63,256 nt of DNA from Candidatus Aminicenantes bacterium (GCA_027031485.1 JALVQI010000218.1:1-63256), one strand, 5' to 3'. Counted from the first letter of the stretch, positions 44,976 to 54,458 are shown. Made by a program: numbers and translations. Notes: generated from the letters alone by a model not told the origin.

Positions 44976-46079
44976 TTGATTGTTTATTTATGCCTTAGTT
45001 TTTTAATTGCTTTTCTGATTTCATATTATTTCCAGGGTAAAATAATTTCTTTCTTAAATCAAAGAAATATTGTTGATAGAGTTGATGAGAGAAAATTAAG
45101 GAAACCTCCTAAACCACGAATGGGAGGAATCGGACTTTTCTTAGGTTTTGTTATCGGAGTTTATGTTACACTCTTTATTTTTGCAAATATATATATAAAA
45201 CCGAATTTTATTAATTTTAATTTTGAATCTTTAAATTTATTTTTCCTATCGGTTTTTATAGTTTTTTTGATAGGTCTTATCGATGATGTAATAGGATTAA
45301 ATGCTTTTCAAAAACTTCCTTTTGAGATTCTTGCCGGAACAATTATGTATTTCAACGGATGGTTAATAAAATTTATTTCTCTTCCTTTTCCTCCCTATAA
45401 TTTGGTTTTAAATGATTTTATCTCATACTTGGTAACTGTCTTATGGATAGTGGGGATAACAAATGCATTAAATTTAATTGACGGGATAGATGGTCTTGCA
45501 GGTGGAATAACCTTTTTTTCCTTAATCTCTTTTGCTACAATAGAAATAATATTAGGAAAACCTGAATATCTTATACTAATTATTCCTATGGTTGGAGCAG
45601 TGTTGGGTTTTCTGAAATATAATCTTTTCCCCGCGAAAATTTATCTCGGGGATTCCGGAAGTTTAACAATAGGTTTTTTTCTTTCAATATTATCATTAAA
45701 AATTTCAATAAAAGCTTCATTTGGTATATCTTTTTTAATACCAATAGTAATCTTGTTTATTCCTATTTTTGATACTACTTTAGCTTTTTTCAGAAGATTA
45801 ATTAAGGGTAAAAACCCTTTTTCAGCTGACAATGAGCATATACATCATAAATTACTAAAAAAAGGATATAGTGAAAAAAAAGTATTTATTATTTTAATGA
45901 TTTTGGACTTTATCTTTTCTGCGTTGGGAGTGTTATCTATATTTGTAAAAAAACAATTTAGAATATCCTTTTTACTTATACTATTAGTTATCTCTTTTTT
46001 TATGATAGTTTATCTTAAATATGTAGATCTTAATTTTATTAAAAGAGGTCTGTCTAAGAATAGGAAAACTTATGATTAA
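44976..46079 (+). CDS. Polyprenyl-phosphate HexNAc-1-phosphate transferase (WecA/MraY family initiating enzyme)
   Basis: Motifs LIGLIDDV, NALNLIDGIDGLAGG and YLGDSGSL. Polytopic membrane protein. Confidence 0.8.
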   Translation: MIVYLCLSFLIAFLISYYFQGKIISFLNQRNIVDRVDERKLRKPPKPRMGGIGLFLGFVIGVYVTLFIFANIYIKPNFINFNFESLNLFFLSVFIVFLIGLIDDVIGLNAFQKLPFEILAGTIMYFNGWLIKFISLPFPPYNLVLNDFISYLVTVLWIVGITNALNLIDGIDGLAGGITFFSLISFATIEIILGKPEYLILIIPMVGAVLGFLKYNLFPAKIYLGDSGSLTIGFFLSILSLKISIKASFGISFLIPIVILFIPIFDTTLAFFRRLIKGKNPFSADNEHIHHKLLKKGYSEKKVFIILMILDFIFSALGVLSIFVKKQFRISFLLILLVISFFMIVYLKYVDLNFIKRGLSKNRKTYD

Positions 46080-46118
46080 TTACCTTAAATAGATATTTTA
46101 AGAGTTAAAAAAGTTATT

Positions 46119-46805
46119 ATGAAGTTATTTAAAAACCAAAAAGGTTACTTTGATTATTATTTTAATTATTTGAAAAAAATAGATAAAAAGAAAAATAAAA
46201 TCTTACACATAGGTTCAGGTTGGGATAAAAGAAAAATTAATGAAAAGATAAAAAATGCTAAAATTTTTAGCCTTGACATTGATTTTGAAGCTACTAAGAA
46301 AAATAATAATATTTTAAAAATCAATGCCAATGCGGAAAAAATGCCTTTCAAAGCAAGAACATTTGATTTCATTATTTGTGAAGAATTGATGGAACATGTT
46401 AAGTATCCTGATAAATTATTGAATGAAGTGTTTTATATTTTAAAGGAAAAAGGAGAGTTTATCGTAGTGACCCCTAATGGCTGGTCATACATAGCAATAC
46501 TTTCCAAATTGACTCCCTTGTGGTTTCACAAATATTATAACAAGTTACGAGGAATTGAGATTACTGATGTATATAAAACATACTATAAATTCAATTCTAT
46601 TTATAGAATAAAAAAATATTCAGAGAAGTTTAATTATACGCTAAAGGAATTAAAAATAGTAACAGGAACCGCTTCATATTTTAGTTTTATTAAACCTATT
46701 TACTATTTTGTATCCTTTTTACATTTTATATTATCAAAAGTAGGTTTTTTAAATAGACTTTTTGGAATTAATTTTTTTTTGTGCTTAAAAAAATTGACAA
46801 AATAA
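46119..46805 (+). CDS. Class I SAM-dependent methyltransferase
   Basis: ILHIGSGWD...NAEKMPF...FDFIICEELMEHV. Confidence 0.65.
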   Translation: MKLFKNQKGYFDYYFNYLKKIDKKKNKILHIGSGWDKRKINEKIKNAKIFSLDIDFEATKKNNNILKINANAEKMPFKARTFDFIICEELMEHVKYPDKLLNEVFYILKEKGEFIVVTPNGWSYIAILSKLTPLWFHKYYNKLRGIEITDVYKTYYKFNSIYRIKKYSEKFNYTLKELKIVTGTASYFSFIKPIYYFVSFLHFILSKVGFLNRLFGINFFLCLKKLTK

Positions 46806-46898
46806 GGGATATAAATATATAAATAAAAAAAGTGTATATTTATATTAATTTCTTATTATGATAAAATAAACTTAATCCTAAAATAGGAGTAATTATAT

Positions 46899-48365
46899 AT
46901 GACAGAGCATAATGCAAATAACACCTGCTGGAATTGCCCGCTGTTTGAATTTAAGGGTGGTGTTGATTTCAGAGCCTGCGGACAGAGCGCGGGGGAAGTT
47001 GAAGAGGGTTTTAATTTAGGTTCATGTAAGAGAAGACCTGAACTTGGTTTTTTTGACCCTTCATCAATAACTTTTGAAGAATGTCCTGAATGGGAAAAAT
47101 CCGAGTATGGTTATAAGTTAAAAAAGATGAAAGTTATGATCCTCGGTATAGACGGATACCTCGGATGGAGTCTTGCTCTTTGGCTTGGCAGTCTTGGATA
47201 CGAAATAAGCGGAATAGATAATTATAGCAGAAGAAATTGGGTTAAAGAAAAGGGCTCACACACTATAGTGCCTATTGCTCGTATGACACAGAGATTAAAA
47301 AAAGCAAAAAATATACTTGGAATTCATATAAATTTCAGGGAGATAGATCTTTTAGACAGAAACAAGTTCAGAGAGTTTCTTGAAGAGGTTAAACCCGATG
47401 CTATTGTTCACTATGCTGAAAATCCTTCCGCCCCATACAGTATGGTAGATGATGACCATGCTGTTTTTGTTCAGACTAACAATGTGATGGGGACTTTGAG
47501 ATTATTGTTTGCGATGAGAGATATAGTTCCCAATGCTTCTTTAATTAAATTAGGGACAATGGGAGAATACGGGACTCCACTTACCGGCAGGCCTATTTTT
47601 GAAGGGCTTTTTCCTGCGGATGCTGTTTTAAAATGGGGTGAAAGGGAGTGGAGTCTGGGAGGTGAGCTTACTCCGAGAGATCCTGTAAGCTTTTATCATG
47701 TATCAAAGGTTCAGGACACCTTTAATGTTTATGAGGCATGTAAATACTGGTGGCTAAGATCTTACGATATAATGCAGGGTGTTATATACGGAGTTCATAT
47801 CCCTGCCTTTGATGAAGATGATAATTTGAGAACAAGGTTTGATGTTGATGAATGGTTCGGAACAGCAATAAACAGATTTGTTGCTCAAGCAGTCGTAGGT
47901 ATCCCTTTGACTATCTATGGCTCGGGACATCAAAAGAGAGGATTTTTGGCGCTTTCGGATGCAATGCAGTGCATGACAAGACTTATAAATAATCCTCCAC
48001 CACCGGGAGTATATGATGTTGTAAATCAGTTATCCGGAGTTTATTCTTTAATGGATCTTGCAAAAACTGTTGCAAGAATCGGAAGAGATGAGTTTGGTCT
48101 TGATACAAAAATACAGAGGCTTGAAAATCCGAGAGTGGAAGCTGATGAGCATCCTTATGAGGTTATATACAAAAACTTACCTGATAGGTTCGGCTTTAAA
48201 CCCAGAGTTACCCTTGAAGAGGAAATATACAGAATGTTTAAACTTTTGACAAAACCTCATATTAAATCAAGAATTGAAGAAAAAAAACATGTTATTTTAC
48301 CTAAAACACACTGGTCGGGAGAAAAGAGAGAAGCAAAGGTAATAGAAGTTATTGATAAATTTTAA
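46899..48365 (+). CDS. UDP-sulfoquinovose synthase homologue (SQD1/SqdB/Agl3 family SDR) with a 76-aa Cys-rich N-terminal extension
   Basis: From M77 it is colinear with SQD1: ILGIDGYLGW, ENPSAPYSM, KLGTMGEYGTP, FYHVSKV, FGTAINRF, NPRVEADEH. An AGGAG SD lies 9 nt before the ATG at 46899, and there is none before the internal ATG at 47127. Confidence 0.8.
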   Translation: MTEHNANNTCWNCPLFEFKGGVDFRACGQSAGEVEEGFNLGSCKRRPELGFFDPSSITFEECPEWEKSEYGYKLKKMKVMILGIDGYLGWSLALWLGSLGYEISGIDNYSRRNWVKEKGSHTIVPIARMTQRLKKAKNILGIHINFREIDLLDRNKFREFLEEVKPDAIVHYAENPSAPYSMVDDDHAVFVQTNNVMGTLRLLFAMRDIVPNASLIKLGTMGEYGTPLTGRPIFEGLFPADAVLKWGEREWSLGGELTPRDPVSFYHVSKVQDTFNVYEACKYWWLRSYDIMQGVIYGVHIPAFDEDDNLRTRFDVDEWFGTAINRFVAQAVVGIPLTIYGSGHQKRGFLALSDAMQCMTRLINNPPPPGVYDVVNQLSGVYSLMDLAKTVARIGRDEFGLDTKIQRLENPRVEADEHPYEVIYKNLPDRFGFKPRVTLEEEIYRMFKLLTKPHIKSRIEEKKHVILPKTHWSGEKREAKVIEVIDKF

Positions 48366-48380
48366 TTATAAAGTATAAAA

Positions 48381-48731
48381 ATGTGGGATTTAAAAGCTGT
48401 TGATGAAAAAGAGTTTTATGAGAAAGTGTTAAATTGCAAAAAGCCTGTTTTCATAGATTTCTGGGCTGTTTGGTGTCCTCCGTGCAGGATGATGGAGCCT
48501 CTTTTAAATGACATTATGAATATGTATAAAGATAGAGTTGAATTTATTAAGGTCAATGTTGACATAAATAAGAAGATTGCAAAAGATTATGATATTCAGG
48601 GAGTTCCCTCCTATATGATAATAAAAGGAAAGAAAAAAATTAAAGAGATTATCGGAGCTTCATCAAAAAAACAGCTTGCTGACCTGATTGAAGAGGCAAT
48701 TGAGATAATTAATAATGATAGGGAAGAATAA
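48381..48731 (+). CDS. Thioredoxin (CPPC active site)
   Basis: FWAVWCPPCRMMEP...GVPSYMI thioredoxin fold signature. Confidence 0.8.
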   Translation: MWDLKAVDEKEFYEKVLNCKKPVFIDFWAVWCPPCRMMEPLLNDIMNMYKDRVEFIKVNVDINKKIAKDYDIQGVPSYMIIKGKKKIKEIIGASSKKQLADLIEEAIEIINNDREE

Positions 48732-49347
48732 AGTAACAGCTCTTATTCCCGCTTACAATGAAGAAAAGAGAATAGAAAGAGTAATCTCCGAAGTTAAAAA
48801 ATATGTTGACGAAATTGTGGTCATTGATGATGCAAGTAAAGACAATACCGCGGAAATAGCAGAAAAGTCAGGAGCAAAAGTGTTTGTCAACAAAACAAAT
48901 CTGGGTTATCTTAAGAATATTATAAAGGGAATAAAATTAATAAATTCTGATATTATTGTGACAATTGATGCTGACGGAGAACATCCGGCTGAAAGAATTC
49001 CTGATCTTGTAAAACCAATTGAAAGTGGAAATGCAGATCTCGTTTTGGGTAAAAGGAGGAGAATACCGAGATTTTCAGAAAGAGTTATATCATTTATGAC
49101 AAGGTTGAAGACAGGGGTTTATGATGCCGGAACAGGCTTCAGGGCTTTTAAAAAGTCTTACACACAAGGAATAGAACGGATAAAAGGTTATTGCACCTGC
49201 GGAGTATTTGTTCTCTTTTTTTATAAAAAGGGAGCTAAAATTAAGGAAGTTGAAATTGAGGAAATCCCGATTGAAAAGCCGAGAGGAATTGCATGGAGGC
49301 ACTTTCCTCAATTTTTTGTTGTTTTATTTGAACTTTTAAAAAAATGA
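48715..49347 (+). CDS. Glycosyltransferase, GT2 (polyprenyl-phosphate sugar synthase-like)
   Basis: ALIPAYNEEKRIERVI...VVIDDASKDNT...IDADGEH. Confidence 0.75.
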   Translation: MIGKNKVTALIPAYNEEKRIERVISEVKKYVDEIVVIDDASKDNTAEIAEKSGAKVFVNKTNLGYLKNIIKGIKLINSDIIVTIDADGEHPAERIPDLVKPIESGNADLVLGKRRRIPRFSERVISFMTRLKTGVYDAGTGFRAFKKSYTQGIERIKGYCTCGVFVLFFYKKGAKIKEVEIEEIPIEKPRGIAWRHFPQFFVVLFELLKK

Positions 49348-50321
49348 AAAAAACTGTTTTAATAACAGGTGGGGCGGGGTTCATAGGACTTAATTTAGTG
49401 GATTATATTTTGAAGAAGAAAAACTATAAAATAATAGTCCTGGATAATCTTTCTTCCGGAAATTCCGGTTTGTTGAAAAAAAAAGTTGAAGATAATGGTC
49501 TTATCTTTAATAAAAAATTTTCCCCTGATAAAGATTTTTCATTTGTTAAAGCTGATATAAGGGATAAAAATCTTGATAATATTTTTGAGAAAACAGATTA
49601 TATCGTTCATCTTGCAGCTCAAACAGGAGTGATTCCATCCATTGAAGATCCTTTTAAGGATGCTGAAACTAATATTATGGGGACATTAAATCTCTTGAAT
49701 TTATCAGTAAAGCATAATATTAAAAAATTTATCTTTTCCTCTTCTGCCGCACCTCTTGGAGAGCAGATTCCACCTCTTGATGAAAGAAAAATTCCTTCTC
49801 CTCTCTCCCCTTACGGAGCTTCTAAATTAGCCGCTGAGGGTTATTGTAAAGCATTTTACGGAAGTTTCGGACTTGAGACAGTTGTATTCAGGTTTTCAAA
49901 TGTTTACGGGATATTCTCCTATCATAAAGGGAGTGTGATTGCAGAATTTTATAAAAGAATAATAAGGAGAAAACCGATTTATGTATATGGAGACGGAAAT
50001 CAAACAAGGGATTTTATATTTGCGGAAGATCTTGCGGAGATTATTGTAAGAGCTTTTGAAAAGGATAATATCGGGGGAGAAATATATCAATTGGGAACAG
50101 GAGTGGAAACATCTGTAAATCAGCTTATTTCTTATATTAAAGAAATAGTGAATTATAACTTTGAAATTGAATATAAGCCTGAAAGAAAGGGAGAAATCAG
50201 AAGAAACTTTGCATCAATTGAGAAAGCAAAAAAGATTTTAGGATTTAATCCCAAATATGATTTGAAAAAAGGTTTGAAATTAACTTATAATTGGTTTTTG
50301 GAAAACATAGATAAAAGTTGA
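49344..50321 (+). CDS. NAD-dependent sugar epimerase/dehydratase (GalE-like SDR)
   Basis: ITGGAGFIGLNL and YGASKLAAE (YxxxK). Confidence 0.75.
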   Translation: MKKTVLITGGAGFIGLNLVDYILKKKNYKIIVLDNLSSGNSGLLKKKVEDNGLIFNKKFSPDKDFSFVKADIRDKNLDNIFEKTDYIVHLAAQTGVIPSIEDPFKDAETNIMGTLNLLNLSVKHNIKKFIFSSSAAPLGEQIPPLDERKIPSPLSPYGASKLAAEGYCKAFYGSFGLETVVFRFSNVYGIFSYHKGSVIAEFYKRIIRRKPIYVYGDGNQTRDFIFAEDLAEIIVRAFEKDNIGGEIYQLGTGVETSVNQLISYIKEIVNYNFEIEYKPERKGEIRRNFASIEKAKKILGFNPKYDLKKGLKLTYNWFLENIDKS

Positions 50322-50328
50322 GGCTAAA

Positions 50329-51612
50329 GTGATTTTTAAGAGAAGAAAAAGGTTTATGGTAATCGGAATTGACGGGGTTCCCTATGAACTGATAAAGGAT
50401 TTTTCGGAAAAAGGGATAATGCCTAATTTTAGAAAATTAATTGAAAAATATAAGTATGTAAAAACTCAGGTCCCTCTTCCTGAAATCTCATCTGTTTCAT
50501 GGACATCCTTTATGACAGGAATGAATCCGGGAGAGCATGGGATTTATGGTTTTATGGAAATTAACAATAGAAACTATTCCTATAGATTCCCTTCATTTCC
50601 TCTTTTACCTGTAAAGACAATATGGGAGAGGATCGGGGAAAGAGGAAAAAAATCTGTAATCATAAATTTGCCGAATACCTACCCTGTTAGAAAGATAAAT
50701 GGTTATTTAATATCAGGTTTTGTTGCTCTTGACATTGAAAATGCGGTTTATCCCCGCAGCCTTTTAAGTTTTCTGAAAGAGATAGATTATAAAGTGGATG
50801 TTGATACTGCCCTTGGGAGAAAGGATAAAAAATTTTTTATGAAGGAGCTTTATGAAACCCTTGATAAAAGATTACTATTGTATGAAAAACTAAAAAAAGA
50901 AAAGTGGGATCTTTTCTTTTTCATAATTACGGGGACTGACAGGCTTCATCATTTTCTCTTCAAAGCCAAAGATGATATAAATCATCCCAATCACAATGAT
51001 TTTATTGAATATTATAAAAATGTAGATGAGGTAATAGGTAAAATTACCGAAGAAATGGAGAAAGATGATATTCCGTTCATAATATTATCAGACCACGGAT
51101 TTACCTCTTTAAAATATGAGGTATATATCTCTCAGTATTTAAAAGAATGGGGTTTTCTTGAATTCGAAGATAAAAGCCCGAAAAATTTAAAATCAATGAA
51201 AGAATCTTCAAAAGCCTTTGCCCTTGACCCTTCAAGGGTTTACATCCATTTAAAGGATAAATATGGGAGAGGAAGTGTTGATAAAGGGGATTATGACAGG
51301 ATTAGAGATGAATTAAAAGAGCTATTTCTATCAATTGATATTGAAAATAAAAAGGTTATAAAAAATGTGTTTTTCAAAGAGGAAATTTATTCCGGCAAAT
51401 ATTTTGATAATGCTCCAGATCTTGTTCTTCTTTCCAATTATGGATTTGATTTAAAAGCGGGAATTACCAAAAAAGAGAAATATGCAATATCATTTTTTGA
51501 GGGAATGCACTCTCAGGATAATGCTTTGTTACTTGACTCTTATGGATTTGAGCTTAAAGAGTATCCATTTATAAATGATATAGGACAAAGTCTTGAAAAA
51601 TACTTTTATTAA
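50329..51612 (+). CDS. Alkaline-phosphatase superfamily protein (type I phosphodiesterase/nucleotide pyrophosphatase-like)
   Basis: VIGIDGVPYELI, EISSVSWTSFMTGMNPGEHGIYGF, GTDRLHH and ILSDHGF. Confidence 0.65.
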   Translation: MIFKRRKRFMVIGIDGVPYELIKDFSEKGIMPNFRKLIEKYKYVKTQVPLPEISSVSWTSFMTGMNPGEHGIYGFMEINNRNYSYRFPSFPLLPVKTIWERIGERGKKSVIINLPNTYPVRKINGYLISGFVALDIENAVYPRSLLSFLKEIDYKVDVDTALGRKDKKFFMKELYETLDKRLLLYEKLKKEKWDLFFFIITGTDRLHHFLFKAKDDINHPNHNDFIEYYKNVDEVIGKITEEMEKDDIPFIILSDHGFTSLKYEVYISQYLKEWGFLEFEDKSPKNLKSMKESSKAFALDPSRVYIHLKDKYGRGSVDKGDYDRIRDELKELFLSIDIENKKVIKNVFFKEEIYSGKYFDNAPDLVLLSNYGFDLKAGITKKEKYAISFFEGMHSQDNALLLDSYGFELKEYPFINDIGQSLEKYFY

Positions 51613-51652
51613 TTATTTCTATTGTTTATTATTATTTATAAGGGAGTAAAAA

Positions 51653-52714
51653 ATGAAAAAAGATTCAAAAATCTATGTTGCAGGGCATAGAGGACTTGTC
51701 GGATCTTCAATAGTGAGGGAGCTTAAAAGAAGAGGATACAATAATCTGATTTTAAAAACTCACTCCGAGCTTGATCTTGAAAGGCAGGAAGAAGTGGAAA
51801 ATTTCTTTAAAAGAGAAAGACCTGAATATGTATTCCTCGCTGCTGCTAAAGTAGGGGGTATAATGTCAAATAAAACGTATCCTGCTGAGTTTATCTATAA
51901 TAATCTTGCCATTCAGGTAAATGTAATACACTCGGCTTACAAATTCGGAGTTAAAAAACTTCTGTTTTTGGGTAGCTCCTGTATTTATCCGAAACATGCA
52001 CCTCAACCGATGAAAGAGGAGTATCTTTTAACCTCTCCTCTTGAACCTACGAATGAAGCCTATGCGATAGCCAAAATTGCAGGCTTAAAGATGTGCAGAT
52101 ATTATAATGATCAATACGGAACAAATTTTATTTCCGTGCAACCTACAAATCTTTATGGTCCAAACGATAGATACGATCTCTTTAATTCACATGTTTTGCC
52201 TGCTCTTATAAGAAAGTTTCATCTTGCCAAACTTTATATGACAGATGGTTATAAATCAATAAAGGATGATTTTATTAAAAGACCGATGAAAGAGTTTCCG
52301 GAAAACGGTTCAAATGAGGATATTGATAAATTTTTGAATAATTTCGGAATTATTAAAAAAGAAGACGGAGAAACTGTTGTAAATCTATGGGGAACAGGGA
52401 ACCCCAAAAGGGAATTTTTGTATGTTGATGACCTTGCGGAGGCTGTCGTTTTCTTAATGGAGAAGTATAGTTATAGGGAGATAGGAGAACTCATTAACAT
52501 AGGAACAGGAGAGGACATCACAATTAAAGAGCTTGCAGAGACAGTAAAAGATGTAGTGGGCTTTGGGGGGAAAATAGAGTGGGACAGCTCAAAACCTGAC
52601 GGAACTCCGAGAAAACTTCTTGATGTTTCCAGAATAAACGAATTGGGCTGGAAAGCTAAAACTCCTTTGAGTGAGGGGATTAAACTAACTTATGAAGATT
52701 ATTTGGGAAAGTAG
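51653..52714 (+). CDS. fcl: GDP-L-fucose synthase
   Basis: [39 protein letters not shown] and [10 protein letters not shown]. It carries an insertion of about 35 aa before [15 protein letters not shown]. Confidence 0.85.
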   Translation: MKKDSKIYVAGHRGLVGSSIVRELKRRGYNNLILKTHSELDLERQEEVENFFKRERPEYVFLAAAKVGGIMSNKTYPAEFIYNNLAIQVNVIHSAYKFGVKKLLFLGSSCIYPKHAPQPMKEEYLLTSPLEPTNEAYAIAKIAGLKMCRYYNDQYGTNFISVQPTNLYGPNDRYDLFNSHVLPALIRKFHLAKLYMTDGYKSIKDDFIKRPMKEFPENGSNEDIDKFLNNFGIIKKEDGETVVNLWGTGNPKREFLYVDDLAEAVVFLMEKYSYREIGELINIGTGEDITIKELAETVKDVVGFGGKIEWDSSKPDGTPRKLLDVSRINELGWKAKTPLSEGIKLTYEDYLGK

Positions 52715-52766
52715 TACTATTTATTCTCCGGGTGCTTTGATTATGTAAAATATTGTTTGAAAAACT

Positions 52767-54458
52767 ATGTACCTGAAAAAAATCAAACAAATCCTGAAAA
52801 AACAGGAAATTATTTTTATGATTTTTATCTCAATTTACAATTTTATTAATTGGATTTTGTTTGTTAATATTGAAAAATTGGCCTCCCCTGATTTTTATAA
52901 GTATTATTTTGAGTTTAGGAATCTGATTTCCGGGAAGCTTTTTTTTAAAAATTCTCCTCCCTTATTTGTCCTTTTAATGGGTCTGGGAGGAAAGTTTTTG
53001 AATCTTTTTGTGAAAAGCAAAGATTTTTATATTTTGTCAGGTAGAATGATCTCTTTGGTGGCAATGACCGGTTTTATTATATTTTTTTATAAATTTATGA
53101 AAAAAATTACAAAAGATTATTCTATAATTTTTACCATTTTTTTAATGCTAACACCATTTTATTTGAAGTTTTTGGCTCTGCCTTTGACTGACCCTTTGTA
53201 TATTTTGTTTGTTATGTCAGGTTTTTATTTTTTTTATGAAAGAAAAATAAGGGAAAGTATTATTTCAGTTGTATCGGGAATACTTACAAGATTTGAAGGT
53301 ATTTTATTGTTCATATCAGCCATTGTAAATTATTTGAAATTTGAAAAGAAGTATTTAAAGAAATATCTGGTTTATTTAATGCTTTCAATCCCGTTTTTAA
53401 TTCTTTTTTATGTGAAATTTTCAAATAGATTGTATGATAAGATCAAACTATTGGTAAGTTCAAACTATATGTTTCTTTTTATTAATAACCCTAACATAAT
53501 TTTGCATTTATATTATGATAATCTATTGTTTTTCATTCCCTACAAATATCCTTCCAATATCATGTGGTTTTTATTATACCTGCTGATAATAATGTTTTTT
53601 GTGGGTCTTTATAGATTATATCTTATTAATAAAATGTTTAGTGTTTCTTTATTTCTGTACTATCTTCTTTTTACATTCTCCAAGGGGTACATAGTTTCGA
53701 GGGGTAGCATCTCTATGTTGCGTTCACAAACACAATTCAGAAGAATGTTTTCATCGATATTGGTGTTTTATGTCTTTGTAGTTATAGGGTTTTATTTTTC
53801 TTCGAAATATCTCTACAAATTAATCAAAAATAAAAAGATAATAGAAATATTGATGTTTAGTCTAACTTTGATATTTCTTTTCACATTGAAAGATTATGGT
53901 ATTAATAAAACAATAGTAGTGGTTTTAATTGTATTGATGGTTCCCTTTATTTACCTTGTTAAAGAAATAAAAAAGCCCAGAATTGTAAAATTAACATTGC
54001 TTTTAATTTTCGTACTTTTAATAAACAATTTTTATATAAAGTCATTTAAAATATCATATAGATATTATGATTCCATAGCGAATAAAGGAGCTTATCTGAT
54101 TGCAAAGTGGATAAATCGTAATATGAAAAATGGGGAAAAGATTTTAATTTATTCTTCAAAACCGGCGATTGAGTTTTACCTTGAGAAAAGTATTAGACTA
54201 CAATACTTTGTATTCAGAGATAAAGCTGTATATACAAGTGGGGAAAAACTTATCAAAAGATTAATGAAAAAGATTAAGGAGGAAAAAATCAGGTACATAG
54301 GTATTGATAATTATTATAATACACTTGACAGGCCTGGGGAGACAGCAATTAAGAATCTATTACATTTTTTAAAAGAGAGAGAAAATAGTTATTTTAAAAC
54401 GGTCTATACTTTAATCTATAAAGGTAAATATGTGGGAAGTATTTTAAAGGTGAAATAG
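52767..54458 (+). CDS. Large polytopic membrane protein, possible GT-C-fold glycosyltransferase (function uncertain)
   Basis: 563 aa with at least 10 hydrophobic segments, followed by a soluble C-terminal domain of about 140 aa. The location in a glycan operon fits. I recognised no diagnostic motif. Confidence 0.45.
   Translation: MYLKKIKQILKKQEIIFMIFISIYNFINWILFVNIEKLASPDFYKYYFEFRNLISGKLFFKNSPPLFVLLMGLGGKFLNLFVKSKDFYILSGRMISLVAMTGFIIFFYKFMKKITKDYSIIFTIFLMLTPFYLKFLALPLTDPLYILFVMSGFYFFYERKIRESIISVVSGILTRFEGILLFISAIVNYLKFEKKYLKKYLVYLMLSIPFLILFYVKFSNRLYDKIKLLVSSNYMFLFINNPNIILHLYYDNLLFFIPYKYPSNIMWFLLYLLIIMFFVGLYRLYLINKMFSVSLFLYYLLFTFSKGYIVSRGSISMLRSQTQFRRMFSSILVFYVFVVIGFYFSSKYLYKLIKNKKIIEILMFSLTLIFLFTLKDYGINKTIVVVLIVLMVPFIYLVKEIKKPRIVKLTLLLIFVLLINNFYIKSFKISYRYYDSIANKGAYLIAKWINRNMKNGEKILIYSSKPAIEFYLEKSIRLQYFVFRDKAVYTSGEKLIKRLMKKIKEEKIRYIGIDNYYNTLDRPGETAIKNLLHFLKERENSYFKTVYTLIYKGKYVGSILKVK

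Noticed and set aside
46859-46867. An extended -10-like TGaTAAAAT before the sulfoquinovose-synthase gene, and similar A/T-rich -10-like boxes in other intra-operon gaps.
   Set aside because: Such hexamers are expected by chance in DNA this AT-rich, and there is no convincing -35 partner. I did not report them as promoters.
3626-48249. Same-strand, out-of-frame internal ORFs (3626-3808, 36389-36574, 48058-48249).
   Set aside because: They are embedded in longer ORFs with clear homology or family membership, and nothing independent supports them.
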